From: Desulfobacteraceae bacterium
GTDB taxonomy: Bacteria > Desulfobacterota > Desulfobacteria > Desulfobacterales > UBA2174
Assembly: GCA_011042305.1 (NCBI GenBank)
Contig: DQXI01000012.1
Location: forward strand, 23,984-87,983
Length of the DNA stretch: 64,000 nt
Reading direction: 5' to 3'
The notes beneath the pieces were generated by a model. The model did no database searches. It was not told where the DNA came from and worked only from the letters and a program-made list of their open reading frames with translations. This document shows positions 1 to 9,948 of the stretch, one piece after another. Within the stretch, counting starts at the first letter, position 1; each line of letters begins with the position of its first letter. Position numbers and translations under genes: made by a program.

Positions 1-1
1 C

Positions 2-688
2 ATGACGTATCCTATCCTCCTCGATGTGCGGCGCCGCCAATGCTTGGTGGTGGGCGGCGGCCGGGTGGCCGAACGCAAGGTGCGCGGCCTGCTGGCCGCC
101 GAGGCCGCCGTCACCGTGGTGAGCCCCTCGGCGAGTCCAGCCCTGGCCCAACTGGCCCTCGAAGACGCCATCGCTTGGCACCGGCGCGCTTACCGCGCCG
201 ATGATCTCGCCGGGATGTTGCTGGCCATCGCCGCCACCGACCAGCCCGAGGTCAATCGGCAGGTTGCCGCCGACGCTCGCGGTCGAGGCGTCCTGTGCAA
301 CGTGATCGACCAGCCGGCCGCAGGGGATTTCACCCTGCCGTCGGTCGTCCGCCGCGGCGACCTGCTGCTCACCGTTTCCACCTCGGGCCAGAGCCCGGCG
401 TTGTCGCGGCATCTAAGAAAAAACCTTGAAGCTCGCTTCGGCAATGAATATGAAGTGTTTTTGCGCATCATGGGAGCGGTCCGCCGACGTTTGCTCGCCT
501 CCCAAAACGACTCCGAAACCCGGCGGGAGCTGTTCGCCCGCCTGGTGGCGGCGGACCTTCCCGAGGCCATCCGACAGGGACGCCGAGACGAGGTGCAGCG
601 CCGTCTGAGCGCCATTCTTGGAGCGGCCTACGATGCCTCGCTGCTGGAACTCATCGACGAAGCGCCGCAGCGCCAAGGACAGCCCTGA
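2..688 (+). CDS. sirC: Precorrin-2 dehydrogenase / sirohydrochlorin ferrochelatase (SirC/Met8, CysG N-domain type)
   Basis: 228-aa ORF. It has an N-terminal Rossmann motif (LVVGGGRVAERK) and overall siroheme-synthase N-domain character. It overlaps the next gene by 1 nt (TGATG) and lies in a heme cluster with hemA. Confidence 0.8.
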   Translation: MTYPILLDVRRRQCLVVGGGRVAERKVRGLLAAEAAVTVVSPSASPALAQLALEDAIAWHRRAYRADDLAGMLLAIAATDQPEVNRQVAADARGRGVLCNVIDQPAAGDFTLPSVVRRGDLLLTVSTSGQSPALSRHLRKNLEARFGNEYEVFLRIMGAVRRRLLASQNDSETRRELFARLVAADLPEAIRQGRRDEVQRRLSAILGAAYDASLLELIDEAPQRQGQP

Positions 689-1509
689 TGCAGATCCTGC
701 TTTTGACAACCATCGCCGCCTACCTGCTGAGCACCGCCGGCTACCTGGCCTTCCTCTTCCTGCAGCGCAAGCCGCTGCGCCAGGCGGCGCTGGCCCTGCT
801 CGGGCTCGGGTTCGTGGGGCACACCGTGCTGCTGGTCGCCGGCGTCTTCGCCTCGGGGCATCTGCCGGTGCACCATCTGCACGGGACCCTGGTGGTGGCC
901 GGATGGGCCGTGACGGGCGTGTTCCTGGTCATTTACGGGCGCTACCGGCTACAGGTGCTCGGGGTCTACGCCGCCCCCCTGGCCCTGGTGATCCTCATCG
1001 CCGCCAGCCTCACCCCCAGCGCCCCGGCCGCCGACAAAACCCTGTTCAACAGCTTCTGGCTCATCAGCCACATCGCGGCGGTTTTCCTCGGCGACGCGGC
1101 CCTGGCCCTGGCCTGCGGCATCGGCATCCTCTACCTGCTCCAGGAAAACGCCATTAAGAGCAAACGCCACGGCTTCTTTTTTCGCCGCCTGCCGTCGCTG
1201 GACCGCCTTGATGCCGCCGGCTACGCCTGCATCGCCTCCGGTTTTGCCCTGCTGACCAGCGGGCTGATCACCGGCTTCGTCTACGCCCATGCCGTCTGGG
1301 GCCGGTTCTGGAGCGCCGACCCCAAGGAGATCTGGTCGGTGATCACCTGGCTGATCTATGCCGCCCTGCTGCACCAGCGCCTCACCGTCGGCTGGCGCGG
1401 ACGGCGCTCGGCGGTGATGGCCATCGTCGGCTTTGCCTTGATTTTGTTCACTTTTTTGGGCGTCAACTTTTTGCTCAAGGGACACCATGGGGTCTTTACC
1501 GGACAGTGA
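688..1509 (+). CDS. Cytochrome c assembly family membrane protein (CcsA/HemX-like)
   Basis: 273-aa polytopic membrane ORF with a Trp-rich segment (WGRFWSADPKEIWSVITWLIY) typical of the CcsA/ResC heme-handling family. It sits directly upstream of hemA, the HemX-like position. Confidence 0.75.
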   Translation: MQILLLTTIAAYLLSTAGYLAFLFLQRKPLRQAALALLGLGFVGHTVLLVAGVFASGHLPVHHLHGTLVVAGWAVTGVFLVIYGRYRLQVLGVYAAPLALVILIAASLTPSAPAADKTLFNSFWLISHIAAVFLGDAALALACGIGILYLLQENAIKSKRHGFFFRRLPSLDRLDAAGYACIASGFALLTSGLITGFVYAHAVWGRFWSADPKEIWSVITWLIYAALLHQRLTVGWRGRRSAVMAIVGFALILFTFLGVNFLLKGHHGVFTGQ

Positions 1510-2806
1510 TCAAACCACCACGCCCAACCGCGCCCCGGGAAAGCCCCGCATTTTGCTGGTGGGACTCAACCACCAGACGGCGCCGGTGGCGTTGCGCGAA
1601 TGCCTCGCCTTCTCGCCGGAAGAGACGGAGGCCGCCCTCGAGGCCCTGGTTCGCCGGCCGTGCCTCCGCGAAGCCCTGCTGCTGTCCACCTGCAACCGGG
1701 TGGAGGTGCTCGTCACCTGCGACGACCCGGCCCGGGCCATCGCCGAGCTGGAAGCCTTCATCAGCGAATTCAAACACCTGCCCATCGAGGAGTTCAGATC
1801 GGCCCTCTATCGTCACGTGGACGAAGACGCGGTGCGCCACCTTTTTCGCGTGGCCTCCAGCCTCGACTCGATGGTGGTGGGCGAACCCCAGATCCTTGGC
1901 CAGATCAAGGCCGCCTACGCCAAAGCCACCCACCGCCGTGCTTCCGGAGTGATCCTCAACCGGCTGCTGCACCGCACCTTTTTCGTGGCCAAACGGATCC
2001 GCACCGAAACGGGCATCGGCGACCATGCCGTGTCCATCAGCTATGCCGCCATCGAGCTGGCCCGCAAGATCTTCGGCGCCCTGAACGGGCGCCGGGTCCT
2101 GCTCATCGGCGCCGGCGAGATGGCCGAGCTGGCCGTCGAGCACCTCCTCCGCCACCGGGCCGGCGAGATCCTGGTGGCCAACCGCACCTTCGCCCACGGG
2201 GTGGCCCTGGCGCAGCGCTTCGGCGGCCAGGCCATCCGCTTCGAAGAGATCGAAGCGCGCCTCACCCAGGCAGACATCATCATCAGCTCCACCGGGGCTC
2301 CGGGCTTCGTCGTGGTCCCCGCCCAGGTGAGCGCCGTGCTGCGCCATCGGCGCAACCGGCCCCTCTTTTTCATCGACATCGCCGTCCCCCGAGACATCGA
2401 TCCCCGGATCAACCGGCTCTCCAACGTCTACGTCTACGACATCGACGATTTGAAGGGCGTGGTGGAGGAAAACATCCAGGACCGGCGACAGGAGGCCCTC
2501 AAGGCCGAACGGATCATCGACGAGGCGGTGCTGCGCTTCTCCCAGTGGCGCCAGAGCCTGGATGTGGTTCCCACCATCGTCGCCCTGCACCGCAAGCTGG
2601 AACTGATCGCCGAGGCCGAGATCAAGAAAACCCTCCAAGGGGGAAAAGCGCCCCCGGACGAGGCGGCCCTGCGGCGCATGGCCGCCGCCATGATCAACAA
2701 GTTTCTCCACGACCCCACCCAGATCCTCAAAAGCGAGGGCCACCGCGGCCACCGCCAGGACCTGCTGGATGTGGTGAGGCGCCTTTTCAACCTCGACGCG
2801 CCCTGA
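1487..2806 (+). CDS. hemA: Glutamyl-tRNA reductase
   Basis: 439 aa. Motifs seen: LLVGLNHQTAPVALRE, the catalytic-Cys motif LSTCNRVE, and the NADPH-binding loop IGAGEMAEL. Confidence 0.95.
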   Translation: MGSLPDSDQTTTPNRAPGKPRILLVGLNHQTAPVALRECLAFSPEETEAALEALVRRPCLREALLLSTCNRVEVLVTCDDPARAIAELEAFISEFKHLPIEEFRSALYRHVDEDAVRHLFRVASSLDSMVVGEPQILGQIKAAYAKATHRRASGVILNRLLHRTFFVAKRIRTETGIGDHAVSISYAAIELARKIFGALNGRRVLLIGAGEMAELAVEHLLRHRAGEILVANRTFAHGVALAQRFGGQAIRFEEIEARLTQADIIISSTGAPGFVVVPAQVSAVLRHRRNRPLFFIDIAVPRDIDPRINRLSNVYVYDIDDLKGVVEENIQDRRQEALKAERIIDEAVLRFSQWRQSLDVVPTIVALHRKLELIAEAEIKKTLQGGKAPPDEAALRRMAAAMINKFLHDPTQILKSEGHRGHRQDLLDVVRRLFNLDAP

Positions 2807-2928
2807 CCGGCCGCTTGCCTTTCCCGCCGGCGAGCTTATTATTTGGTCTTTACAGCAAGATGCCGTTGTGCTAGATGTTTTTGTCTTATGAACAAAATCG
2901 AGGACTCCCATCACAGGCAGGGTTCACG

Positions 2929-3291
2929 ATGAAAAAAAAAGACATCGAGTTTTTCAAGACGCTGCTGGAAAACCAGCTCCAGGAGTTGTTGTCCCAGGCC
3001 GATGACACCGTTTCCGGCATGACGATTCCCAAGGAGAATTTTCCCGACCCCACCGACCGGGCCTCGCTGGAGGCGGATCGCAATTTCATGTTGCGCATCC
3101 GCGACCGGGAACACAAGCTGATCAAGAAAATCAAGCTCGCCCTGGAACGGATCGAAAACGGCACCTTCGGTATCTGCGAAACCTGCGGTGAAGACATCTC
3201 CATCGAACGTCTCAAGGCGCGGCCGGTGACGACCCAGTGCATCGAGTGCAAGATGAAGGAAGAAGCGTTGGAAAAGGCACTGGGAATTTGA
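2929..3291 (+). CDS. dksA: DksA/TraR family C4 zinc-finger protein
   Basis: C-x2-C...C-x2-C finger (CETCGEDI ... CIECK) after a coiled-coil N-terminus. Start set at ATG 2929 (MKKKD) rather than the upstream track start. Confidence 0.85.
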   Translation: MKKKDIEFFKTLLENQLQELLSQADDTVSGMTIPKENFPDPTDRASLEADRNFMLRIRDREHKLIKKIKLALERIENGTFGICETCGEDISIERLKARPVTTQCIECKMKEEALEKALGI

Positions 3292-3298
3292 AGCCGTT

Positions 3299-4192
3299 TT
3301 GAACATCGATCTTCATATTCACTCCACCGCTTCCGATGGAACGCTGACGCCGCTCGAAATCCTCTCTCTGGCCCGCCGACTCGGCCTGGCCGCCATCGCC
3401 ATCACCGACCACGACACGCTGGCCGGAAGCCGCGAATTGCTGGAGCGCTCGGCTCGCCTCGGCATCAAAGCCGTCTCCGGGGTGGAAATCAGCGCCGCGC
3501 CGCCATCCCTTTGCCCCCAGCGGGGAAGCTTTCATGTCCTGGGCTACGGCATCGCTTTTGACCATTCCCGCCTCAACCAGATCCTCGAACGCCTGCAAAA
3601 CGCGCGCAGCGAGCGCAATCCGAAAATCATCCAACGACTCAACGACCTCGGCTTCGCCCTGGACCTGGCGGAGGCGGCCGAGCTGGCCGGCGGCCTTGAC
3701 GGACTGGGTCGCCCCCACATCGCCCGCCTGATGAAACACAAGGGCTACGTGGCGAGCATCGACGAGGCTTTCGACCGCTACCTGGGACACGGCAAGCCGG
3801 GTTACGTGGACAAGTTCCGCGTGCCGTGCCAGGAGGCGATGCGCCTGATTCGGGATGCCGGGGGCATCCCGGTCCTGGCGCATCCAGGAGTCACGCTGGA
3901 TGACGGTCTCGACCTGGATCGGCTGCTGGCCGACCTGGTTGCCATGGGGCTGGGAGGCATCGAAGTCTACTATCCGGACCACGACGCCGTCCAAACGGCC
4001 CGCTTTGCCGGGGCGGCCCGCCGCCACGGCCTGCTGATGACCGGAGGAAGCGATTTTCACGGCAGCCTCAAGCCGGAAATTCAAATGGGGGTCGGCAGCG
4101 GCACGCTGGCGGTCCCCTATACGCTTTACGAGGCGCTGGCGGCGGCGCTGGCGGCAAGGCGCGGCCACGTTGCCGCCAGCGCCCGGGAATAG
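3299..4192 (+). CDS. PHP-domain phosphoesterase (TrpH/YciV family)
   Basis: PHP metal motifs NIDLHIHSTASDG and ITDHDT, plus C-terminal GGSDFHG. TTG start; no in-frame ATG nearby. Confidence 0.85.
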   Translation: MNIDLHIHSTASDGTLTPLEILSLARRLGLAAIAITDHDTLAGSRELLERSARLGIKAVSGVEISAAPPSLCPQRGSFHVLGYGIAFDHSRLNQILERLQNARSERNPKIIQRLNDLGFALDLAEAAELAGGLDGLGRPHIARLMKHKGYVASIDEAFDRYLGHGKPGYVDKFRVPCQEAMRLIRDAGGIPVLAHPGVTLDDGLDLDRLLADLVAMGLGGIEVYYPDHDAVQTARFAGAARRHGLLMTGGSDFHGSLKPEIQMGVGSGTLAVPYTLYEALAAALAARRGHVAASARE

Positions 4193-4199
4193 ACGCGCC

Positions 4200-4904
4200 A
4201 TGGCCGGCGATCCGCGCACCGCTTTCTGCCGACGTCTCGGGTACCGCTTCAAAAACCCTGCGCTTCTCGATGAAGCCCTGCGCCACAGCAGCTTTGTCAA
4301 CGAGCAGGGGGCGTTGGACCTGCGCGACAACGAGCGCTTGGAGTTTCTCGGTGACGCCGTGCTGAGCCTGGTGATCGGTTCGATGCTGATGGCGCGCTAT
4401 CCCCAGAGCCCCGAAGGCCAACTGTCACGCATGCGGGCGGCCCTGGTCAACGAGAAGGAGCTGGCCCGCCTCGCCGACGGCATCGGTATTGGAGAGCACC
4501 TGAAGCTGGGAAAAGGCGAAGACCAGGACGGCGGCCGCGGCAAACCGTCGATTCTGGCGGACGCCTTCGAAGCGCTGGTGGCAGCCGTCTTCCTTGATGG
4601 CGGCTTCGGGGCGGCCCGGCGGGTGGTGCAGAAGCATTTCGCCGCACCCCTGGAACAGGTGGGTACGCCGGAAGGGGAGCGGGATCCCAAGTCCCGCCTC
4701 CAGGAGTTGATCCAGTCCACCCGGCACACCGTTCCGCGCTACCGGCTGCTGGCCAGCACGGGCCCCGACCACGACAAGACGTTCCAGGTGGAGCTGCGGC
4801 TGGACAACCTCGTGACCCTGGGAACCGGCAAATCCAAGAAGGCCGCCGAGCAGGACGCGGCCCGCCGGGCCCTTGCCCGGCTCAGTGCCGACGACTCGCC
4901 ATGA
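4200..4904 (+). CDS. rnc: Ribonuclease III
   Basis: RNase III signature ERLEFLGDAVL and a C-terminal dsRBD (GTGKSKKAAEQDAARRAL). Start set at ATG 4200, 8 nt after the PHP gene stop. Confidence 0.93.
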   Translation: MAGDPRTAFCRRLGYRFKNPALLDEALRHSSFVNEQGALDLRDNERLEFLGDAVLSLVIGSMLMARYPQSPEGQLSRMRAALVNEKELARLADGIGIGEHLKLGKGEDQDGGRGKPSILADAFEALVAAVFLDGGFGAARRVVQKHFAAPLEQVGTPEGERDPKSRLQELIQSTRHTVPRYRLLASTGPDHDKTFQVELRLDNLVTLGTGKSKKAAEQDAARRALARLSADDSP

Positions 4905-6001
4905 GCATCTGCCGCGGCGCGTCACCCTCTCCCGTCGCCAGCACGGCGGTCTGGATCGACCTGCCGCCGAATCCGGCGCCGTTCCGCCGCCCCACCATCG
5001 TGCCGGTGTTTCTGCCCCATGCCGGCTGCCCCCATCGCTGCGTTTTCTGCAACCAAAAAACCATCACCGGCCAGGCGGGCCGCGATTCGTCACCCGATTT
5101 GCCCGCCCTGGTGGCCCGTTTTCTCCGGGAAAAACCCCCGTCTCCCCAACACGTCGAACTGGCGTTTTACGGCGGCAATTTTCTCGGGCAGCCGCCGGAT
5201 CACGTCCAATTCCTGCTCGCCGAAGCCCAGCACCTCGTGCGTCGGGGCTGGATCGGCTCGGTGCGCTTTTCCACCCGGCCCGACACCATCGACGCCCAGC
5301 GGCTCCGGTGGATCGCCGACAGCCCCGTGGACACCGTGGAATTGGGGGGGCAATCTATGGACGATGCGGTACTGTCGGCCGCTGGCCGCGGTCACTCGGC
5401 CCAGGATACGGCCCTGGCGGTGGACCGACTGCGCCAGGCAGGATTGCGGGTGGGCATCCAGACCATGATTGGCCTGCCGGGCCAAGACGCGCGCAGCGCC
5501 CTGGTCAGCGCCGTCCGCTTCGCCGACCTGAAACCTGATTTCGTTCGCATTTATCCGTGCCTGGTCCTCGCCGGCAGCCCTTTGGCGGCGGCCTACCGTC
5601 GGGGGGCGTATCAGCCCCTGTCCCTGGAGGCGGCCGTCGCCACCTGCGCCCGGCTTTGGCGGTTGTTCGCCCGCCGCAACATCCCCGTGATTCGCATGGG
5701 GCTTCAGGCCTCTGACGAGCTCTCCGACAGCGCCCACGTCCTGGCCGGTCCCTATCACCCGGCCTTCGGCCACCTCGTCTTCAGCGCCTTGTGCCGCCAG
5801 GCGATCGCACGCGGCCTGCACCGACTGCCGGCGGTCGGGCGGACGGTACGCATCACCGCCCATCCCCGGCGCCTGTCCCAGGTGCGCGGGCTTGGCAATA
5901 CCAATCTCACCGCCTTGACAGAGCGCTTCGCCTTGGCCGGGATCCGAATTTCAGGAGATCCCGACGTTGCGCTCCACCGCCTGGGGGTCGCCCTGGACTG
6001 A
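4901..6001 (+). CDS. Radical SAM protein (ELP3/HemN-like core, no acetyltransferase domain)
   Basis: CxxxCxxC motif CPHRCVFCNQ near the N-terminus and a GGN motif (AFYGGNF). ATGA overlap with the rnc stop suggests translational coupling. Confidence 0.85.
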   Translation: MSICRGASPSPVASTAVWIDLPPNPAPFRRPTIVPVFLPHAGCPHRCVFCNQKTITGQAGRDSSPDLPALVARFLREKPPSPQHVELAFYGGNFLGQPPDHVQFLLAEAQHLVRRGWIGSVRFSTRPDTIDAQRLRWIADSPVDTVELGGQSMDDAVLSAAGRGHSAQDTALAVDRLRQAGLRVGIQTMIGLPGQDARSALVSAVRFADLKPDFVRIYPCLVLAGSPLAAAYRRGAYQPLSLEAAVATCARLWRLFARRNIPVIRMGLQASDELSDSAHVLAGPYHPAFGHLVFSALCRQAIARGLHRLPAVGRTVRITAHPRRLSQVRGLGNTNLTALTERFALAGIRISGDPDVALHRLGVALD

Positions 6002-6103
6002 GGGCCACGCCTCGCCTGCCCAAGCCAGCGCTTCTTTGTCGCAAGGGGCGCGGTGGTTGCGCCCCCAAAAGAGAAGCATCATCCGGCAGGAGCGGGAAAA
6101 CGA

Positions 6104-8482
6104 TCAGATGTCGGACTTGAAGAAGCTTTCCGGCTCGACGACCTCCTCGGGCCGGCTGCTGTAGGTGGTCGGTTCGGTGCCTTCCTTGAAGCACTCGAAG
6201 CGGGTTTCCTTGGACTCGGCGATGGCCAGCAGGCCGGTTTCGGCGTCGATCTTGGCGAAGACCACCCCCTCGGGCACGGGGAACACCTCCGCCGGGCGGT
6301 CCTTGAGCAGGGTCTGCATGAAGCCGAGCCAGATGGGGCTGGCGGCCTGTGCGCCGGTTTCACCGTCGCCCAGGGGAGTGTCATCGTCAAAGCCGACCCA
6401 AACCCCGGTGGTGAACCCGGGCGTGTAGCCGACGAACCAGGCGTCGTGCAAGTCGTCGGTGGTGCCCGTCTTGCCGGCCACCGGCCGACCCAGGGCCTTG
6501 ACGCGCTGCCCGGTACCCTCCTGGACCACGCTTTCCAGCAGGCTGGTGACGATGTAGGCCGTGGCGGGGGAAATCACCGGCTCCCGTCGGTGTTCGGCCT
6601 CCTCAAGGACGTTACCGTCACGATCGACGATCCGGGTGACAAAGATCGGTTCCGCCCGCTGGCCCTGGTTGGCAAAGACCGAATAGGCCTTCACCAGCTC
6701 CAGCAGCGACACCCCCGAAGATCCCAGGGCAAGGGAAAGGTTGGGCGCCAGGGGAGAAGCGATGCCTAGGCTGCGGGCATAGTCGATGACATATTGGACC
6801 CCGATGTCGCGCAGCAGCTTCACCGTCACCACGTTGCGCGACTTGGCCAGGGCCCGGCGCAAGCTGGTGGGACCGTGAAAACGCCGCCCGTAGTTGCGCG
6901 GCTTCCAGGTAAAATCACGCTCCTCGTCATGGTAGATGATCGGCGCATCGATGAGCATCGAGGCCGGGGTGTAGCCCTTGTCGATGGCTGCGGCATAAAT
7001 GATCGGCTTGAAGGCGGACCCCGGCTGGCGGCGGGATTGAACCGCCCGGTTGAACTGGCTGGCGGCAAAGTCCCGGCCGCCGATCATCGCCCTGACCTCG
7101 CCGGTTGCATTTTCCAGGCAAAGCAGGGCCGCCTCGACCTGGGGCACCTGCTCGAGCGCCAGGATGCAAGGGTCGGTGTCTTCGACCCGCACCTGGACTA
7201 GGTCATTGACCGCCAGAATCTGGCTGGGCTTCTCCAGCCGTCCTTTGACCTCGCCCGAAACCGGATCCATCGGGCGCGCCCACTGCATCCCCGCCATCTG
7301 AATGACGCCTGACCGGGGGCCCAGATTCACCTCTACCTTGCCGGAGCGGTCGTCCACCGCCGTCACCACCGCCTCCCGGATTTCTCCCGGGACGGCAGCG
7401 GCAGCGGTGGCCCGGTGGGCGATCCATTCCTTGGCGCCTTCAGGGGTCAACGATTCCAGGGGGCCGCGGTATCCCCGGCGCTTGTCCAGGGCCCGGAGCC
7501 CCTTGTCGATTTCGCTGCGGGCGGCCTTCTGGGCCTCCGTATCAACGGCGGTATAGATCTGTAGCCCGTCGTTGAGCAGCCGCTGCTCGCCGTAACGCTC
7601 GATGACGTAGCGCCGCACGTGCTCGGTGTACACCGGCGCTTCTTCGAAAAACCAGTTGCGCCGGGGCTTGATCTCCAGTTCCGTCTCTGCCGCCGCCCGG
7701 GCTTCGGCCGGGGAGACCATCCCTTCTTCCACCATCCGGTTCAACACGTAGCGCTGCCGCTGCCGGGCACGCTCGGGGTGGCGGAACGGACTGTAGCGGC
7801 TCGGGGCCTGGGGCAGCCCGGCCAGCATGGCGCACTCGGCCAGATTGAGATCCGTCACGCGCTTGCCGAAGTAGTTCTCCGCCGCGGCTGCCACGCCGTA
7901 GGCCCCGTGGCCCAGGTAGATTTGGTTGAGGTACAGGTAGAGGATTTCATCCTTGGACAAAACCTGGTCGATGCGGTAGGCCAGGATGGCCTCCTTGATC
8001 TTGCGGGCGTAGGACCGCTCGGGGGTGAGCAGAAAGCTCTTGGTGACCTGCTGGGTGATGGTGCTGCCGCCCTGAACGATGGTTCCGGCCTTCAGGTTCT
8101 TGAAAAATGCCCTGGCGATGCTGGTCAGATCGATCCCCCGGTGCTGGTAGAAGCGGGAGTCCTCGGCGGCGACGAAGGCCTGGCGCAGTTTTTCGGGAAT
8201 CTGATCCATGCCCACCACGATCCGCCGCTCGGTGTAAAATTCCCCGATCTTGCGCCCGTCTTCGGCATAGACCCTGGAAACGATCGGCGGCCGGTAATCG
8301 ACGAGCGAATCAATGCGCGGCAAATCGGCGGACAGGTGCCGGTACAGCCCAACGGCACCGGCGGCAGCGGCCGCCAGCACCACCATTGCGGCCGCCATGC
8401 CCCACCACCCCCACCGCACCCGGCGGCGTGGTGGGGCGGTGGAGGTGGTTTGTTTTCGGCGTGGGTCCTTGATTTCTTTCAC
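6104..8482 (-). CDS. mrcA: Penicillin-binding protein 1A (bifunctional glycosyltransferase/transpeptidase)
   Basis: N-terminal TM segment, GT51 motifs (EDSRFYQHRGID, GGSTITQQ) and transpeptidase motifs SAFK, SRN and KTGT. Confidence 0.93.
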   Translation of the reverse strand: MKEIKDPRRKQTTSTAPPRRRVRWGWWGMAAAMVVLAAAAAGAVGLYRHLSADLPRIDSLVDYRPPIVSRVYAEDGRKIGEFYTERRIVVGMDQIPEKLRQAFVAAEDSRFYQHRGIDLTSIARAFFKNLKAGTIVQGGSTITQQVTKSFLLTPERSYARKIKEAILAYRIDQVLSKDEILYLYLNQIYLGHGAYGVAAAAENYFGKRVTDLNLAECAMLAGLPQAPSRYSPFRHPERARQRQRYVLNRMVEEGMVSPAEARAAAETELEIKPRRNWFFEEAPVYTEHVRRYVIERYGEQRLLNDGLQIYTAVDTEAQKAARSEIDKGLRALDKRRGYRGPLESLTPEGAKEWIAHRATAAAAVPGEIREAVVTAVDDRSGKVEVNLGPRSGVIQMAGMQWARPMDPVSGEVKGRLEKPSQILAVNDLVQVRVEDTDPCILALEQVPQVEAALLCLENATGEVRAMIGGRDFAASQFNRAVQSRRQPGSAFKPIIYAAAIDKGYTPASMLIDAPIIYHDEERDFTWKPRNYGRRFHGPTSLRRALAKSRNVVTVKLLRDIGVQYVIDYARSLGIASPLAPNLSLALGSSGVSLLELVKAYSVFANQGQRAEPIFVTRIVDRDGNVLEEAEHRREPVISPATAYIVTSLLESVVQEGTGQRVKALGRPVAGKTGTTDDLHDAWFVGYTPGFTTGVWVGFDDDTPLGDGETGAQAASPIWLGFMQTLLKDRPAEVFPVPEGVVFAKIDAETGLLAIAESKETRFECFKEGTEPTTYSSRPEEVVEPESFFKSDI

Positions 8483-8672
8483 GATTTCAATTCCTTGCGT
8501 CCCACCGCAACGCGCCTGAACAACTGCGGGAAAGCCATGCGGGAACTATTGAAATTAACAAAGATGCCCAGCCTTGGCAAGGCGGCCCGGGTTGAAAAAA
8601 GATTGACTTTCGATCAAGCGGCCGATAAAAGCATAGTTTTTGATAATTTCCAACCCCGGAGGCGGGTTGCTC

Positions 8673-9050
8673 ATGGTGGAACCGGATTTTGACAAATGTG
8701 GCGGGCTGGTGCCGGCCATCGCCCAGGACGCCCAAAGCGGCGATGTGCTGATGATGGCCTACATGAACCGAGAAGCCTGGCGGGCGACGGTGACCAGCGG
8801 CCAAGCCACTTACTGGAGCCGTTCGCGGGGCGAGCTGTGGGTCAAGGGGCAAAGCTCCGGCAACCTCCAGAAAGTCCACGAAATCTGGCTCGACTGTGAC
8901 AATGACACCATTTTGCTCAAGGTGACCCAAATCGGCGGCGCCGCCTGCCACACCGGTCACCGCTCGTGTTTTTACCGTCGGCTGGACGGCGATCACTTCA
9001 CTGTGGTCGGCAAGCCGCTGTTCAACCCCCAAGAGGTCTACGGCAAGTGA
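8673..9050 (+). CDS. hisI: Phosphoribosyl-AMP cyclohydrolase
   Basis: Conserved [22 protein letters not shown] and CHTGHRSCF motifs. ATG 8673 is preceded by a GGAGG-like RBS. Confidence 0.9.
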   Translation: MVEPDFDKCGGLVPAIAQDAQSGDVLMMAYMNREAWRATVTSGQATYWSRSRGELWVKGQSSGNLQKVHEIWLDCDNDTILLKVTQIGGAACHTGHRSCFYRRLDGDHFTVVGKPLFNPQEVYGK

Positions 9051-9922
9051 GCACTCCGCTAAAACTCGGTATCCCCAAGGGCAGCCTCCAGGAAGCTACC
9101 CTTGCCCTGTTCAAGCGCAGCGGCTGGAACATTCGCGTCAACGGCCGCAGCTATTTTCCCGAAATCGACGACCCGGACATCTCCTGCGCCATCTGCCGCG
9201 CCCAGGAGATGAGCTGCTACGTGGAAAACCAGACCCTGGACGCCGGGCTCACCGGGCGGGACTGGATCGCCGAAAACGCCTCGGACGTCCACCTGGTCTG
9301 CGACCTGGTCTACTCCAAGGTGAGCAGCCGCCCGGCGCGCTGGGTGCTGGCGGTGCCGTACGACTCTCCCATCCGCCGCCCCGAGGATCTGGTCGGCAAG
9401 AAGGTGGCCACCGAGCTGGTGGGCTTCACCCGGCGCTACTTTAGCGAACGCGGCATCGACGTAAAGGTCGAGTTTTCCTGGGGCGCCACCGAGGCCAAGG
9501 TAATCTCCGGCCTGGCCGATGCCGTCGTGGAAGTCACCGAGACCGAAAGCACCATCAAGGCCCACGGGCTGCGGATCATCCAAGAGCTGATGCAGACCAA
9601 CACCCAGCTCATCGCCAACCACCAGAGCTGGGCCGACCCAGTCAAGCATAAAAAGATCGAGCAGATCGCCCTGTTGCTCAAGGGAGCACTGTTGGGCGAA
9701 AAGCTGGTGGGCCTGAAGCTAAACGTGTCGGCGGAACACCTGGAAAAGGTGGTCAAGTTGCTGCCGAGCCTCCAGGCCCCAACGGTGGCGTCGCTGTACC
9801 AGAGCGACTGGTTTTCGGTGGAGTCGGTGGTGGCGGCCGACCGGGTGCGGGACCTGATTCCCGAGCTGCTGCATGCCGGGGGAGAGGGAATCATCGAATA
9901 TCCGCTCAACAAGGTAATTTGA
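9047..9922 (+). CDS. hisG: ATP phosphoribosyltransferase (long form)
   Basis: N-terminus [15 protein letters not shown]. About 291 aa, so it includes a C-terminal regulatory domain. GTG start 9047 overlaps the hisI stop (GTGA). Confidence 0.88.
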   Translation: MSTPLKLGIPKGSLQEATLALFKRSGWNIRVNGRSYFPEIDDPDISCAICRAQEMSCYVENQTLDAGLTGRDWIAENASDVHLVCDLVYSKVSSRPARWVLAVPYDSPIRRPEDLVGKKVATELVGFTRRYFSERGIDVKVEFSWGATEAKVISGLADAVVEVTETESTIKAHGLRIIQELMQTNTQLIANHQSWADPVKHKKIEQIALLLKGALLGEKLVGLKLNVSAEHLEKVVKLLPSLQAPTVASLYQSDWFSVESVVAADRVRDLIPELLHAGGEGIIEYPLNKVI

Positions 9923-9948
9923 CAGGCTGCCGAGGCAGGGAAAACGCC

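Noticed and set aside
1496-2914. Very long antisense or off-frame ORFs throughout the track. Examples: 1496..2914(-), 10916..12919(-), 15671..17470(-), 18335..19735(-), 21927..23720(-), 36086..38026(+), 49567..50946(-), 51010..52935(-), 55689..56837(-).
   Set aside because: Each lies opposite, or out of frame with, a gene carrying unmistakable family motifs. Their translations are Arg/Gly/Pro/Ala-rich and low in complexity, as expected for stop-poor shadow frames in high-GC DNA.
6044-6068. Hairpin GGGGCGC-N7-GCGCCCC between the convergent radical SAM and PBP1A genes, considered as a bidirectional terminator.
   Set aside because: There is no U-tract on either strand, so it does not qualify as a rho-independent terminator call.
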